64,000 nt of DNA from contig CAWFQL010000016.1 of NCBI GenBank assembly GCA_963817915.1, forward strand, positions 64,001 to 128,000, read 5' to 3'. Every line of letters starts with the position of its first letter. Within the stretch, counting starts at the first letter, position 1. The stretch is from an uncultured candidate division Zixibacteria bacterium (lineage in GTDB: Bacteria > Zixibacteria > MSB-5A5 > UBA10806). The notes below the pieces were generated by a model. It worked only from the letters and a program-made list of their open reading frames with translations, did no database searches and was not told the origin of the DNA. The translations under genes were made by a program, and so were the position numbers. This document shows, in pieces, positions 43,731 to 55,421 of this stretch.

Positions 43731-43993
43731 TAGGCCTAATTATGGCAAAATCCTACATTTTTACAATATAAATACCAATAATTAGCTGGAATAAGCGTTT
43801 AGGGCGTATAATAATTTCAGCAAGAAATGACTTTAACTTATAGACTTGCTATGCGAGGGAATTATTTTATCACAAACTATTAAATATCTTAACCTTTTGG
43901 GCACGGTTTGGGTCAAATAATAAAGGAAAAAGGCCAACATAATTATTTGCGTGATTGGCTCAGGGCCTGATTTGGGTGAAACGAGGTAAGCTT

Positions 43994-45228
43994 ATGAAAA
44001 AAATAATAATCATCGCGGCCATTCTGATAATTGCAGTTGCCGCATATTTTATATTCTTCGCGGGCGGAAAACAGGTCAGCGCCAAATTCATGACCGCCGA
44101 AATACAAAAAGGGGATATTTCTATTATTGTCACGGCCACGGGATCATTGGAGGCTGTTACTACGGTTCAAGTTGGCAGTCAGATTTCGGGGACTATCGCG
44201 GCGCTTCATGCCGATTTCAATGACAAGGTGAAAAAAGGACAAGTTCTGGCACAATTGGATCCGGCATTGCTGAACGCACAGGTTATTCAGGCACAGGCAG
44301 ATTTGGAAAAGGCGATCGCTTCGACTCATCTGGCAAAAAGCGATTATGAGAGATCGTTATCGCTTTTCGAGAGAAATATGATTTCCGCTTCGGATAGAGA
44401 TGTCGCGGAATCCAATTACGATCAAGCGAAGGCTGAACAATTATCAGTTAAGGCGAATGTGGACAGACTTAAAACCAATCTTTCCTATGCTACAATTAGC
44501 TCGCCAATCGATGGTGTGGTTATTTCCCGAAATGTCGATGTCGGCCAGACAGTCGCTGCCAGCCTTTCGGCGCCGACCATTTTCACGATTGCCCAGGACT
44601 TATCCAAAATGCAGGTTAATACGAGTATTGATGAAGCGGATATTGGTAGAATCAAGGTCGGCCAGACAGCGTTATTTACTGTCGACGCCTATCCCGACCA
44701 TTCATTTTCTGGCTTAGTTAAGCAAGTCAGGCTCAATCCGGAAATTGTTCAGAATGTGGTTACATACGAAGTGATTTTGGAGGTTGCCAATCCTGATTTC
44801 CTGCTTATGCCCGGCATGACGGCTAATGTCACGATCCTGATTGACAAAAAAGAGGATGTTTTGAAAGTGCCGTCGGCTGCTCTTAAATACAGGCCGGTAT
44901 TCGCCCAGAAAAAATCAACCGCGCAAGGCGATAGCTCAAAGGTATTTGCGGGGAAAGGCGACCGGAAATGACCCTGTCAATCAGAAACCGGCAAACCCGG
45001 ATTCAATCAGAGCTGCCAGAACAAGAGTCTGGACACTCAGACCCGGCCGGAAAACTCAAGCCGATTCCGGTCCAGGTAGGAATTTCCGATGGAGCCTCTA
45101 CTCAGATTATTTCCGATATTCTCAAAGAAGGGGATAAAATCGTTATTGGGCAGGAAGGTATTGCGGTGAGTACCAACAACCAGGAAGTTAATCCGTTCTT
45201 GCCCAGGATGGGCGGCGGGAGGCGATAG
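43994..45228 (+). CDS. MacA-like periplasmic adaptor; two +1 frameshifts near 44950 and 45039
   Basis: VQVGSQISG, SPIDGVVI..NVDVGQTVAAS, IDEADIG; tail reads ...ARTRVWTL / DPAGKLKPIPVQVGISDG across three frames. Confidence 0.88.
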
Positions 45229-45230
45229 AC

Positions 45231-45968
45231 TTGGATCAGGTAATAACTACAAACGACCTGGTTAAGACCTATATACTGGGTGATTTCGAGCTTCACGCGC
45301 TTAAAGGAGTAAACCTGTCTATAAATAAGGGCGAATTCGTGGCAATTATGGGACCATCGGGCTCGGGAAAATCGACATTGATGAATATTCTGGGTTGTCT
45401 CGCCCGCCCGACAAGCGGAAAGTATTATCTCGATGGCATCGATGTCTCATCACTGAATGCGGACAGCCTGGCTACTATCAGAAACAAGAAAATCGGATTC
45501 GTGTTTCAATCATTTAATCTGCTTTCGCGAACTTCGGCGATGGAGAATGTCGAGTTGCCGTTGCTCTATAATGGCAATTCTGCCAGGGAGAATATCGAAA
45601 AGGCCAAGAAGGTTTTAGGCATGGTGGGCTTAGAGGGCAGAGAAAATTCGTTTCCAAATCAGCTTTCGGGCGGACAACAGCAGCGGGTGGCGATTGCCAG
45701 AGCGCTAATCAACGATCCGGCGATAATATTAGCCGATGAGCCAACAGGCAATCTTGATACGAGAACTTCGATCGAGGTCATGGAGATATTTCAATCGCTC
45801 AATGAAAAGGGAATCACAATTATCGTAATTACCCACGAATCCGATATCGCCCTATACACTAAGAGAAATATCACGGTTAGAGACGGCAAGATGGTAAAAG
45901 ATGAATTGGTCGGCAGTCGAAAAATTGCCAGCAAAGAGCTTCTTACTATTCCACAAAGCGACGAGTAA
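45231..45968 (+). CDS. MacB-type ABC transporter ATP-binding protein
   Basis: [33 protein letters not shown]. Confidence 0.95.
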   Translation: MDQVITTNDLVKTYILGDFELHALKGVNLSINKGEFVAIMGPSGSGKSTLMNILGCLARPTSGKYYLDGIDVSSLNADSLATIRNKKIGFVFQSFNLLSRTSAMENVELPLLYNGNSARENIEKAKKVLGMVGLEGRENSFPNQLSGGQQQRVAIARALINDPAIILADEPTGNLDTRTSIEVMEIFQSLNEKGITIIVITHESDIALYTKRNITVRDGKMVKDELVGSRKIASKELLTIPQSDE

Positions 45969-45994
45969 ATGGCGCTGATTGGAGATATAATTAG

Positions 45995-47212
45995 ATGAGA
46001 TTCCTCCAAATATTAAGAATAGCATACCGCGCATTGGGCAAAAACAAGATGCGTTCCGGGCTGACAATGCTTGGCATAATCATAGGAGTGGCAGCCGTAA
46101 TTGCGATGGTCGGAATCGGGCAGGGCGCTCAGAAGATGGTGAATGCGCAAATTGCATCCTTAGGCGATAACCTTCTAAATATTTTTCCGGGCAGCCAAAA
46201 CGCCGGAGGTTTTAGATCTGGAGCGGGTACAAGAACCACATTAACCGAGGATGACGCGAAAGCAATAAAAAATGATTGCCCCGCAATTTTAGCGGTTTCT
46301 CCCGTAGTACGGTCGTCGGGGCAGATTGTCGCGGGCAACCTAAATTGGGGAACATCGATTGAGGGACATTCCACGGATTTTGTAACCATACGTTCATGGC
46401 CAATGTCATCGGGCACATTTTTCACGGATCAGGATATCAAAGGCGCAACGAAGGTTTGTATTATCGGCCAAACAGTGGTCGACAATCTTTTCCCAGGACA
46501 GGATGCAGTGGGCGAGATAATCAGAATAAAGAAATTGCCATTTAGAGTGTTGGGCGTACTTTCTCCGAAAGGGCAGAATGCATTCGGCCGGGATCAGGAT
46601 GATATTATTATCGCACCATATACGACTGTTCAGCGAAAGCTCGCCGGTATTACATACATTAATTACATTATCGCATCTGCCAAAGACAGAACCGAAATTG
46701 ATATGGCAACCACGCAAATAACCGATCTTCTTCGCCAGAGACATAGAATTATGCCGGGCCAGGAAGATGATTTTACGGTCAGGAGCCAGATGGATATTGC
46801 TAGCGCAGCAGGCTCGACATCGACTATTATGAGCATACTTTTAGGCGCCATAGCGTCGGTCTCGCTGATGGTTGGCGGTATCGGTATTATGAATATCATG
46901 TTAGTCTCGGTTACCGAGAGAACACGGGAGATCGGCATCAGAATGGCAGTCGGCGCAAAAAGCCGCGACATCATGGTGCAATTTTTATCGGAATCGATCG
47001 TGCTCAGCCTGATCGGGGGTATTATTGGTATAATATTCGGTGTATTGAGCGCCAAATTAATATCAGCGATCTTGCACTGGCCGATTTACACTTCTTTGCC
47101 TGCAATTGGGCTATCATTCTTTTTCGCCGGTTTTGTCGGTGTGTTTTTTGGATTTTATCCTGCAAGAAAAGCGTCGCATCTCGACCCAATAGAAGCTTTA
47201 AGGTACGAATAA
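45995..47212 (+). CDS. MacB-type ABC transporter permease
   Basis: RSGLTMLGIIIG, GGIGIMNIMLVSVTERTREIGIR, PARKAS.LDPIEALRYE. Confidence 0.95.
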   Translation: MRFLQILRIAYRALGKNKMRSGLTMLGIIIGVAAVIAMVGIGQGAQKMVNAQIASLGDNLLNIFPGSQNAGGFRSGAGTRTTLTEDDAKAIKNDCPAILAVSPVVRSSGQIVAGNLNWGTSIEGHSTDFVTIRSWPMSSGTFFTDQDIKGATKVCIIGQTVVDNLFPGQDAVGEIIRIKKLPFRVLGVLSPKGQNAFGRDQDDIIIAPYTTVQRKLAGITYINYIIASAKDRTEIDMATTQITDLLRQRHRIMPGQEDDFTVRSQMDIASAAGSTSTIMSILLGAIASVSLMVGGIGIMNIMLVSVTERTREIGIRMAVGAKSRDIMVQFLSESIVLSLIGGIIGIIFGVLSAKLISAILHWPIYTSLPAIGLSFFFAGFVGVFFGFYPARKASHLDPIEALRYE

Positions 47213-47336
47213 CGAAATATCCGCCAGGCCAATCTAAAGTATTTATCTTTAAAGCGCTCCTATCCAATACTATTTGCCTCTCCAACATTTTTATCTTATA
47301 GTATGCCGATATTATGGGACCTATTAGCGCAGGAGC

Positions 47337-49451
47337 GTGCCAATGACCAATCCAGAATTTAAGCCGTTTATCTCGCCATTTGTAAATCAGAAGGAATTCA
47401 CTGTCCGGGCCTTGCTTATAGGGGCGGTGCTCGGAATAATCTTCGCCGCGTCATCGGTCTATCTGGCGTTAAAGGTCGGCATGACGGTCAGCGCCTCTAT
47501 TCCCATAGCGGTCCTTTCGATTACGCTTTTCCGAGTTCTGGGTAAAGCGACAATTCTCGAGAATAACATCGTCCAGACTACTGGTTCGGCTGGTGAATCG
47601 ATCGCATTCGGCGTGGCGACGACAATGCCTGTATTTCTGCTTCTCGGGCAGGATATGGAGTTGATGGCAATTCTTTGGATGTCATTACTCGGCGGAATCC
47701 TTGGCGTTTTGATGATGATACCATTAAGGCAAGGGCTTATAGTAAAGGAGCATGGCAAGCTCACCTATCCCGAAGGCACAGCTTGCGCCGATGTTCTCAT
47801 AGTCGGCGAGCAGGGTGGCACGAATGCCAAGACAGTCTTTCTCGGATTCGGAATCGGCGCAATCTATAAATTTCTCAATGCGGGCCTAAGATTATGGCAG
47901 GATGTACCTAATCGGATGCTGACATTCTTTAAGGGTGCATCAATATCCGCCGAAGTAACTCCGGAGCTCTTGGGTGTCGGGTATATAATAGGGCCGAAAG
48001 TTTCGGCCAATATGATGGCGGGCGGCATGTTGTCATACTTGATCTTAATACCTGCGATAAAAATCTTTGGCGAGAATGTCGGCACGGCCATGTTCCCGGC
48101 TACAACATTGATCAAGGATATGGATCCCAGCATGGTGCGTAACGCTTATGTACTTTATATTGGCGCTGGAGCGGTTGCGACCGGAGGGATTATCAGTCTT
48201 ATCAAATCATTCCCGACAATTATTTCGGCCTTTAGAAGGGGCTTTAAGACATTTATAGATTCAAGAAAAGGGACAATCGACAAGAAGGCAATCGTCAGAA
48301 CAGATCAAGATTTGCCGATGTCGGTAGTTGTATTCGGTTCGCTCGGTTTGATGGTAGCGATATGGCTGGCTCCGATCCTGCATATCAACGCCATTTCAGC
48401 GGTGCTAATTGTCTTATTCGGATTTTTCTTTGTTACCGTATCAAGCCGTATCACAGGTGAGATTGGATCGTCATCGAACCCGATTTCGGGCATGACGGTG
48501 GCGACATTGCTGATCACCTGTCTCCTTTTCCTGGCTGTCGGATGGACAGGAGTCTCGTTCAGGGCGATGGCATTATCAACTGCGGCGATAGTCTGTATTG
48601 CGGCATCCAATGGCGGCACAATCAGTCAGGATTTAAAAACAGGCTTTCTTGTGGGTGCGACCCCCAAATATCAGCAGCTTGGAATCATGATAGGAGTGAT
48701 TTCGAGCGCATTGGTGATCGGGCTGATTGTAATCGGGCTCAATAACGCTTATACGACAGTCACCCCGATCAGCTACCCAGAGTATACGGCTTCACTCACC
48801 GCTGAAAAGGATACGCAAAAGGGTCCCGACGGCAATATGTACCATATCGTTCATGTCAGCGAGCAAACCGGAAATGTATTAGTTGGAAAATATCTCGCCG
48901 ATGATTCCGGCCAGATCAAATACTTGATTGATCCAGGCATCGCAGGTACCGTATCGCAAGTCGACGGCAAACCGGTAACCAAGCTTGATTCACCTAAAGC
49001 GCGACTTTTCAGCCTTATTATAGATGGTATTCTCACTCAAAAGCTCCCCTGGGGTCTAGTGTTGATCGGAATCTTCCTGGCGCTGGTTATGGAATTGGTC
49101 GGTGTTTCATCGTTGCCATTCGCGGTCGGTCTTTACCTGCCGATATCAAGTTCAGCGCCCATTATGGCGGGAGGTGTTGTCAGGGCATTGGTAGATAGGA
49201 AACGAAAAGGCACCGCATCGGAGGCAGAATTCTCTCCCGGCGTATTGATGTCATCCGGTTTTATCGCCGGAGCGGCTATCATGGGTGTGGTTCTGGCATT
49301 GATGACCGGCCTCGGATACGATCAGAAGATAGATTTCTCCAGCTATATGGGAATATTCGGTTCGGCTGATTGGTTCGCGTTGCTTCCATTCTTTGCCATT
49401 AGCTTTATACTTTACAGAATCGGCGTGGCCAAAAGCGGAAACAATAAATAG
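47337..49451 (+). CDS. OPT-family oligopeptide transporter
   Basis: YLALKVGMTVSASIP, ENNIVQT, YPEGTACA, NPISG, QDLKTG. Confidence 0.93.
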   Translation: MPMTNPEFKPFISPFVNQKEFTVRALLIGAVLGIIFAASSVYLALKVGMTVSASIPIAVLSITLFRVLGKATILENNIVQTTGSAGESIAFGVATTMPVFLLLGQDMELMAILWMSLLGGILGVLMMIPLRQGLIVKEHGKLTYPEGTACADVLIVGEQGGTNAKTVFLGFGIGAIYKFLNAGLRLWQDVPNRMLTFFKGASISAEVTPELLGVGYIIGPKVSANMMAGGMLSYLILIPAIKIFGENVGTAMFPATTLIKDMDPSMVRNAYVLYIGAGAVATGGIISLIKSFPTIISAFRRGFKTFIDSRKGTIDKKAIVRTDQDLPMSVVVFGSLGLMVAIWLAPILHINAISAVLIVLFGFFFVTVSSRITGEIGSSSNPISGMTVATLLITCLLFLAVGWTGVSFRAMALSTAAIVCIAASNGGTISQDLKTGFLVGATPKYQQLGIMIGVISSALVIGLIVIGLNNAYTTVTPISYPEYTASLTAEKDTQKGPDGNMYHIVHVSEQTGNVLVGKYLADDSGQIKYLIDPGIAGTVSQVDGKPVTKLDSPKARLFSLIIDGILTQKLPWGLVLIGIFLALVMELVGVSSLPFAVGLYLPISSSAPIMAGGVVRALVDRKRKGTASEAEFSPGVLMSSGFIAGAAIMGVVLALMTGLGYDQKIDFSSYMGIFGSADWFALLPFFAISFILYRIGVAKSGNNK

Positions 49452-49486
49452 AGTACGGTTTAAAGATATTTTAAGATAGGCTTTTA

Positions 49487-50248
49487 ATGTCGAATTTGAT
49501 CTGTATTACTGCGGATAAGCAATATGAGCTTGTTCGCGAAGCTCATAGAAATTCCCTCGGGACATTTCCCGATTTCATGTACCATAATCAGGTTATCAAC
49601 TCATATTGGGAAGAGCTGTACAATTTATTCGCCCGTTATCAGTATGTTTTATGCGACCCTGATGACAATTCGGTTTTGGCACTCGGAAACAGCTTCCCTC
49701 TATTATGGGAGGAGCCATTCACCAAGCTCCCCGATGGTGGTATCGAATGGGCTCTAAAGACGGCTGTCGAGCAAGCTCAGGCAGATTTGAAGCCGAATGT
49801 ACTTTGCGCCTTTCAGGTCATAGTCGATGAAGAATCGAGAGGTCAGGGATTTAGTTATAAAGCTATTGAGGCGATGATCGATATCGCCGACAGGAGTCTA
49901 TTTCGATCGTTGATCGCGCCTGTCCGTCCAATAGATAAAGTCGAATTCCCGATGATGACAATGGAAGATTATATTGATTTAAAACGAGAAGATGGCTCAA
50001 TTTTCGATGATTGGCTTCGAGTCCATCTGAAAATTGGCGGTCAGATATCGCGAATTTGCCACAGATCATTTTCAGTGGAAGCGTCGATAGAGGAATGGGA
50101 AGAATGGACTGAAATGACATTCCCTGAATCAGGGCAGAATGTTATTCCGGGGGGAATCGCGCCGCTTTACATTGACAGGCCCGCAGGTCGCGGCTTATAC
50201 ATTGAACCGAATATCTGGATTCATCATAAGATAAAACCGAATCATTAG
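49487..50248 (+). CDS. GNAT-family N-acetyltransferase-like protein
   Basis: RGQGFS acetyl-CoA loop; LIAPVRP..K; DDWLRVHLKIGG. Confidence 0.75.
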   Translation: MSNLICITADKQYELVREAHRNSLGTFPDFMYHNQVINSYWEELYNLFARYQYVLCDPDDNSVLALGNSFPLLWEEPFTKLPDGGIEWALKTAVEQAQADLKPNVLCAFQVIVDEESRGQGFSYKAIEAMIDIADRSLFRSLIAPVRPIDKVEFPMMTMEDYIDLKREDGSIFDDWLRVHLKIGGQISRICHRSFSVEASIEEWEEWTEMTFPESGQNVIPGGIAPLYIDRPAGRGLYIEPNIWIHHKIKPNH

Positions 50249-50265
50249 AATTATTGATAAAAACT

Positions 50266-50301
50266 AAAAAAGGCGGGACAATTTTTATGTTCCGCCTTTT
50301 T
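50266..50301. terminator. Bidirectional terminator
   Basis: AAAAAAGGCGGGACA...TGTTCCGCCTTTTT between convergent genes. Confidence 0.8.
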
Positions 50302-50324
50302 ATTTTTGAATCTGTTGGCAAGAC

Positions 50325-52012
50325 TCAATCGTAACTGACAAACCAATCCGGGGCCAGTCTTCGAGTGATCTTGACTATTTCACGATCGACACTCTTAAGC
50401 GCGCCGCGTTCGATGAGGGTCTCGATCGCTTTACTTAATAGCACCATCTTATCTCGGATCGGAATTAACGCGGGATAGTATTCATTGTTGAACATAAGCC
50501 TAAATCTTTTTCTGATGGATTCGTCAGCAAGCATCGTACCAATTGTTTTTTCGAGTTCCAGTCCCTCTAAATCGCTTAACGTATCCTTGGGAGAGAGCAT
50601 CTTCTTTCGAGTATTATCTATTCCCTTTTCGCAATGAAACTTGAATTGCCAGCAATCCATGAGGCCAAGCGAGTCGATAGCCAAAACGTTAACACTGATT
50701 ATATTCTTAATCGTATCGATCTTGACACCTTCCATCAGCGGCAGGAAATAATTATCGGTAATTGCACCGAAGGCACTTATGCCACCCTTGAATGGGTCTT
50801 CTAAGAATATCCCGTGATCGTGAAGAACGGCTTATTTTCAAAACGAGCGTCCTGAATAAGCATAAACTCTTCTTCTGTGTAATGGAACCGTTCTTTCCAA
50901 AGCTGCTCGGCGGTGTAATGATCATTGGTCAATGATGACTGGCTGGTAAGCATTCCGATAGCCTGTCCACCTCTCCATACCAGCGGCAGTACACCGACAG
51001 CCCATTCAGCCGAGCCGCCGATTTCGCCGATCATCGACATCAGGCCTCGTTCATCGGGGAATTCGAGATCGTCCATGCCCAATAACAGGCTGGGGAAAAG
51101 ATCGCCGTCTTTATCGAATGGGGTCGTGACTCCGGCCTTATTCAAAATATCCATGGCCGGGTAATGTCTCTTGCGATCGAGAAAATATGAACTTAACTTG
51201 GATAGATCCGAAAGCCCATAGGATTTTGCGATAATCTCGGCAGCATCGGTGAGATTGGCTTCGCGCGGATTGAATTCGTCAAAGTAAGCTCCCCCCATCC
51301 ATCGTTGTACATATATATCAGGCAGATGCCTCTTGACCCCCGATTCAGTCAGGAATAATGCTGTCAAGCTGGAATGATCGCCCATGATGGATTTGGTAGT
51401 ACCATCGATGACATCATTTCCCATGGAGAGCAAGGTAATGTCTTTATCCATTCGGAGACCATAACGGGCTCTATGGTTATCTTTGCCGAAAAGGGCTCCA
51501 ACCGCGATAGTGGGATTACCGCCCGCTTCTTTGCCCGGTTTGACCCTGACACCTTCGGTGATAGTCGAGGCTATAAGTACCTCTTCTCCTTTAGGAAGCG
51601 CTTCGGTTGTATTTTGAAGGACTTCGGCCATGACATGGGCGGATGTGCGATCATTGGCTCTTTTGCAATCTTCTTTTATCTGACTGGTAAGTTTTTCCTT
51701 GGGTATTAGCTTGGCGGCTCCGCAGCCATTAAGGACTACAGCCACCGCCGATAACGCGGCGGATACGATCACCGCCTCCCTGATCTGGCAATTTCGAAAT
51801 GCCCCTAAATTGGATTGATCATTCGGCTTATCAGCGAGGCTTATGATATCGGCTTGATAAAGGGTTAGATCGTATGCGGATAACGCCTCCCAATGCCTGT
51901 GATTAAATCCGGCGATGCGGCTGGGATTGAACGAATTAGCCTTTTGCATTCCGACATACTTGAGTCGTTTATCTGCTATGTTGAATCGCATTTCATTTTC
52001 CATATCGCTCAC
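50325..52012 (-). CDS. Divergent class II fructose-1,6-bisphosphatase (GlpX-like) with N- and C-terminal extensions; frameshift near 50805
   Basis: ITEG, DVIDGT, PDIYV, LDRKRH, DGDL, IGGSAE; continuation LEDPFKGGISAFGAITDN..LMEGV in the frame of ORF 50325-50735. Confidence 0.7.
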
Positions 52013-52258
52013 CTCATTAAATCACCAAAACGCCTGCCGAATTTCGAAACCATTAAAAGCATTAAACTGAAATTAATAGAAAGCGGCTCTCATTTCAAGC
52101 TCTTAATAGCACATTTTGGATTTAATGTTTTAATCATAACATGGACAAATCCCGAAAAATTGGCATAAATTATATGGAATTATCAGATTGAATAATCTAT
52201 TTTTTGATATTGTGAATAGATTAAATCAAAATATTTGTGATATCGAAAGGCAACCCAA

Positions 52259-53833
52259 ATGATAAAACGAATAGCTTTCTGTTTTTTGGCATGTGCGTTA
52301 ATTACTCCGCTATTTTTCTGTGCCTCAAACAAAAATTCGGCTTTGCCTCCCGAGGTGAGCGCGTCTCTGGATTCGGCCGGAGTCAATCGTGTTGAACTCG
52401 AAAAAGTTATCGATCATTATAAGACCACCGGCGATACCCTGAAATTGCGGGCGGCCTATTTTCTAATCGCCAATATGGATGGTCATTCGTATGTCACCTA
52501 TGTCCTTAAAGACACTCTCGATAAGGAAATCCAATTCGACGCGTTGTCATATCCGACATACGACAGCCTGACGGCATCATTCGGCAGGATGGAAAAGCAA
52601 TATGGCGTACTTGATTTTAAGAAGAAGGATGTTGTCGATGACCTGAAGGCTATCAAGGCCGATTTTCTAATAAATCAGATCGATTACGCCTTCAGGGCAT
52701 GGCGCGAAAAGCCCTGGGCGGCATATTTGAACTTCGATCAATTTTGCGAATTTATTCTACCCTATCGCGGAAGCAATGAAACCTTGGAAAACTGGCGGCA
52801 AACATTCTGGGACAAATACATAAATATCGAATTGCAGATGGCAAATAAATCCGACCCGGTGGAGGCGGCCAAGATTATCAATAAAGATATCATAACGTGG
52901 TTCAAATTCGATCCGATTTATTATTATCATCCGACCGACCAGGGACTTGATGATATGATTACCCACGGCAAGGGCCGTTGCGAGGACATGACCAATATCA
53001 CTATCTATGCTATGCGCGCTAACGGGCTTGCGGTCACCAGCGATTATACACCGTTCTGGGCCAATTCAGGCAATAATCACGCCTGGAACGCAATTGTTGA
53101 TTCCCAGAATAAGGTTATCCCATTCATGGGGGCAGAATGCAATCCCGGTGATTATCGTCTGGCCAATAAATTAGCCAAGGTGTACAGAAAAACTTATTCG
53201 AAACAACCCAACAACCTTGTTTATCAGACTCGCAAACAAAAATCTGTACCGGGTTGGCTTGGCGGGAAGAGCTATGCCGATGTTACCAAAGATTATGTCA
53301 ATACCTGTAATGTCACTATTCGATTCGAAAAACCGATACCGGATTCGGTCGATATCGCCTACATCTGTGTTTTCAATTCAGGCGAATGGCAGGCGATTCA
53401 ATGGGGCAGAATCGTCAATGATTCGGCAACATTCCCAGATATGGGATTGGATATCGCCTATCTTCCCGCGTTGTATTTGAATGGAAAAATCGAGCCCTGG
53501 GGCGATCCTATAATAGTTGGGAATGACTGCAAAATTACTGCTCTTCGCCCTGATAGCTCAAATGGTACCGCGCTCAGCCTTATCTCCACTACCCAACGAA
53601 AGCAGGAAATATCAACTGATGGGATAACCAAGACATTCCTGACGCCCGGCACAGAGTATGAATTGAATTACTGGAACGACGGCTGGAATTCATTCAGCAA
53701 AATCATAGCGAAAGATAAACCTATAGTTTTCAAAAATGTCCCGAGCGGAGCGCTATATTGGCTGACCGCAAAAGACTCGGATAAAGAGGAGCGTATCTTT
53801 ACAATAGAAAATGGCCAGCAGGTATGGTGGTAG
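52259..53833 (+). CDS. Exported transglutaminase-like protein (possible lipoprotein)
   Basis: Hydrophobic N-terminus ending FFC; ILPYR; GRCEDM and NHAWN catalytic-type Cys/His. Confidence 0.75.
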   Translation: MIKRIAFCFLACALITPLFFCASNKNSALPPEVSASLDSAGVNRVELEKVIDHYKTTGDTLKLRAAYFLIANMDGHSYVTYVLKDTLDKEIQFDALSYPTYDSLTASFGRMEKQYGVLDFKKKDVVDDLKAIKADFLINQIDYAFRAWREKPWAAYLNFDQFCEFILPYRGSNETLENWRQTFWDKYINIELQMANKSDPVEAAKIINKDIITWFKFDPIYYYHPTDQGLDDMITHGKGRCEDMTNITIYAMRANGLAVTSDYTPFWANSGNNHAWNAIVDSQNKVIPFMGAECNPGDYRLANKLAKVYRKTYSKQPNNLVYQTRKQKSVPGWLGGKSYADVTKDYVNTCNVTIRFEKPIPDSVDIAYICVFNSGEWQAIQWGRIVNDSATFPDMGLDIAYLPALYLNGKIEPWGDPIIVGNDCKITALRPDSSNGTALSLISTTQRKQEISTDGITKTFLTPGTEYELNYWNDGWNSFSKIIAKDKPIVFKNVPSGALYWLTAKDSDKEERIFTIENGQQVWW

Positions 53834-53942
53834 ATGTAATTATAGCGGCGTTTAGGCCGATATTTATGGTGATCCAATGTAAGTGATAAAATTATCGATT
53901 TTGCATTGATGGTGTTTAAACAAGTTGGGTTGGGAGTGGAAT

Positions 53943-55409
53943 ATGGCGTTAAGGACTTATAACGAGTATATCGCCTCATTAAAAAAGATGAGGCCGAATA
54001 TCTTTAAATTCGATGAGCTGATCGATGATGTCACAGCTCATCCGGCTACACGAAATACGGTTGAAGGACATAGCAAGTCATACAGACTTTATGATGATCC
54101 CAAAGAACGGGATATTCTAACCACTACCTCCCATCTCACCGGTGAGCCCATCAGCCGATATCTATCGATTATCAGAAGCCCTGAAGATATGTACGCTAAT
54201 AGCCATATGAAAAGACGTTTGTTCCAGCTTACCGGAACATGCACCGGCGGACGATGTGTCGGCTGGACTGCCCTCAATTCTCTTTTTGCCACAACATTCG
54301 AGATAGATGAAAAACTCGGCACAGATTATCATAAACGTTTGCTGGCATGGCTGAAGGACGCGCAGGCACGGGATATTACAATCGCGGGAGCTCTCACCGA
54401 TGCCAAGGGCGACCGCACCAAGACGCCATCACATCAAGATGATCCCGATTTGTCGCTTCATATTGTCGAATATCGAAAAGAGGGCATAGTAGTCCGAGGC
54501 GCTAAGGTCATGATATGCGGAGTTGCGGCCGCTAATGAGATATTTATACTTCCAGGATCAGGATACAAAGAGCAAGACAAAGATTATGCCGTATCATTTG
54601 TAATTCCTCGCGATATAGAGAATTTGACTATTGTTGAAACTCGCAGGCCGAGCGATACCAGGGAATACGAAGAAGGATTCGATATCCCGAACAAAGAAGG
54701 CGGAATCACTCAGGCGTACTTGTTTTTCGAAGATGTCTTTATTCCCAATGAGCGGGTATTCATGGCGGGCGAATATCAGTTCGCATTGACTACCGTAATG
54801 TATTTTATTGGAGCTTACCGCGCGGCTATAGGTGGATGTGTCGCCGGACAAGGCGATGTCAAAATCGGAGCCGCAATCCTGACCGCACGCACCAATGGCC
54901 TGCAATCCAAAATCTTCAATGACAAAATCACCCAGATGCATGTCAACAATGAAACCACCTATGGCGTGGGTATCGCGGCAGCCGCGCTGGGAAAGAAGCA
55001 TCCATCCGGTTTTTGGCTGTGCGACCAGCTTCTATCCAATGTCAACAAAGTGCATGTAGCGACATTGCCCTATGAGACATCGCGCCTGGCTCAGGAAATA
55101 TCTGGTGGAATTGCCGAGACCGGTTGTATGCCGTCATACAAGGATTTCAAATCGATGAAATACGGTCATCTGATTCAAAAATATATGAAGGCAAAATCAT
55201 CGGCCGAATCTCGTGCTCGCGCCGCGCGGCTGGTGGAATGGTGCACTATAGGCGCTGGGGTTCCGGGATGCATGCACGGCGGAGGCTCACCCGATGGCGC
55301 CAAGCTTGTTATCAGGGCATCGACCAATCTTGAAGAGAAAGTCGAATTTGCCCGCAAACTCGCCGGGATTAAAGAAAATATCCCTGAGCCAGAGATTCAA
55401 AAAAAATAA
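53943..55409 (+). CDS. 4-hydroxybutyryl-CoA dehydratase / HpaB-family flavoprotein, divergent
   Basis: TGTCTGGRCVG, GALTDAKGDR, VVRGAK, FEDVFIPNERVF, MHGGGSP. Confidence 0.85.
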   Translation: MALRTYNEYIASLKKMRPNIFKFDELIDDVTAHPATRNTVEGHSKSYRLYDDPKERDILTTTSHLTGEPISRYLSIIRSPEDMYANSHMKRRLFQLTGTCTGGRCVGWTALNSLFATTFEIDEKLGTDYHKRLLAWLKDAQARDITIAGALTDAKGDRTKTPSHQDDPDLSLHIVEYRKEGIVVRGAKVMICGVAAANEIFILPGSGYKEQDKDYAVSFVIPRDIENLTIVETRRPSDTREYEEGFDIPNKEGGITQAYLFFEDVFIPNERVFMAGEYQFALTTVMYFIGAYRAAIGGCVAGQGDVKIGAAILTARTNGLQSKIFNDKITQMHVNNETTYGVGIAAAALGKKHPSGFWLCDQLLSNVNKVHVATLPYETSRLAQEISGGIAETGCMPSYKDFKSMKYGHLIQKYMKAKSSAESRARAARLVEWCTIGAGVPGCMHGGGSPDGAKLVIRASTNLEEKVEFARKLAGIKENIPEPEIQKK

Positions 55410-55421
55410 AGTATTTGGATT

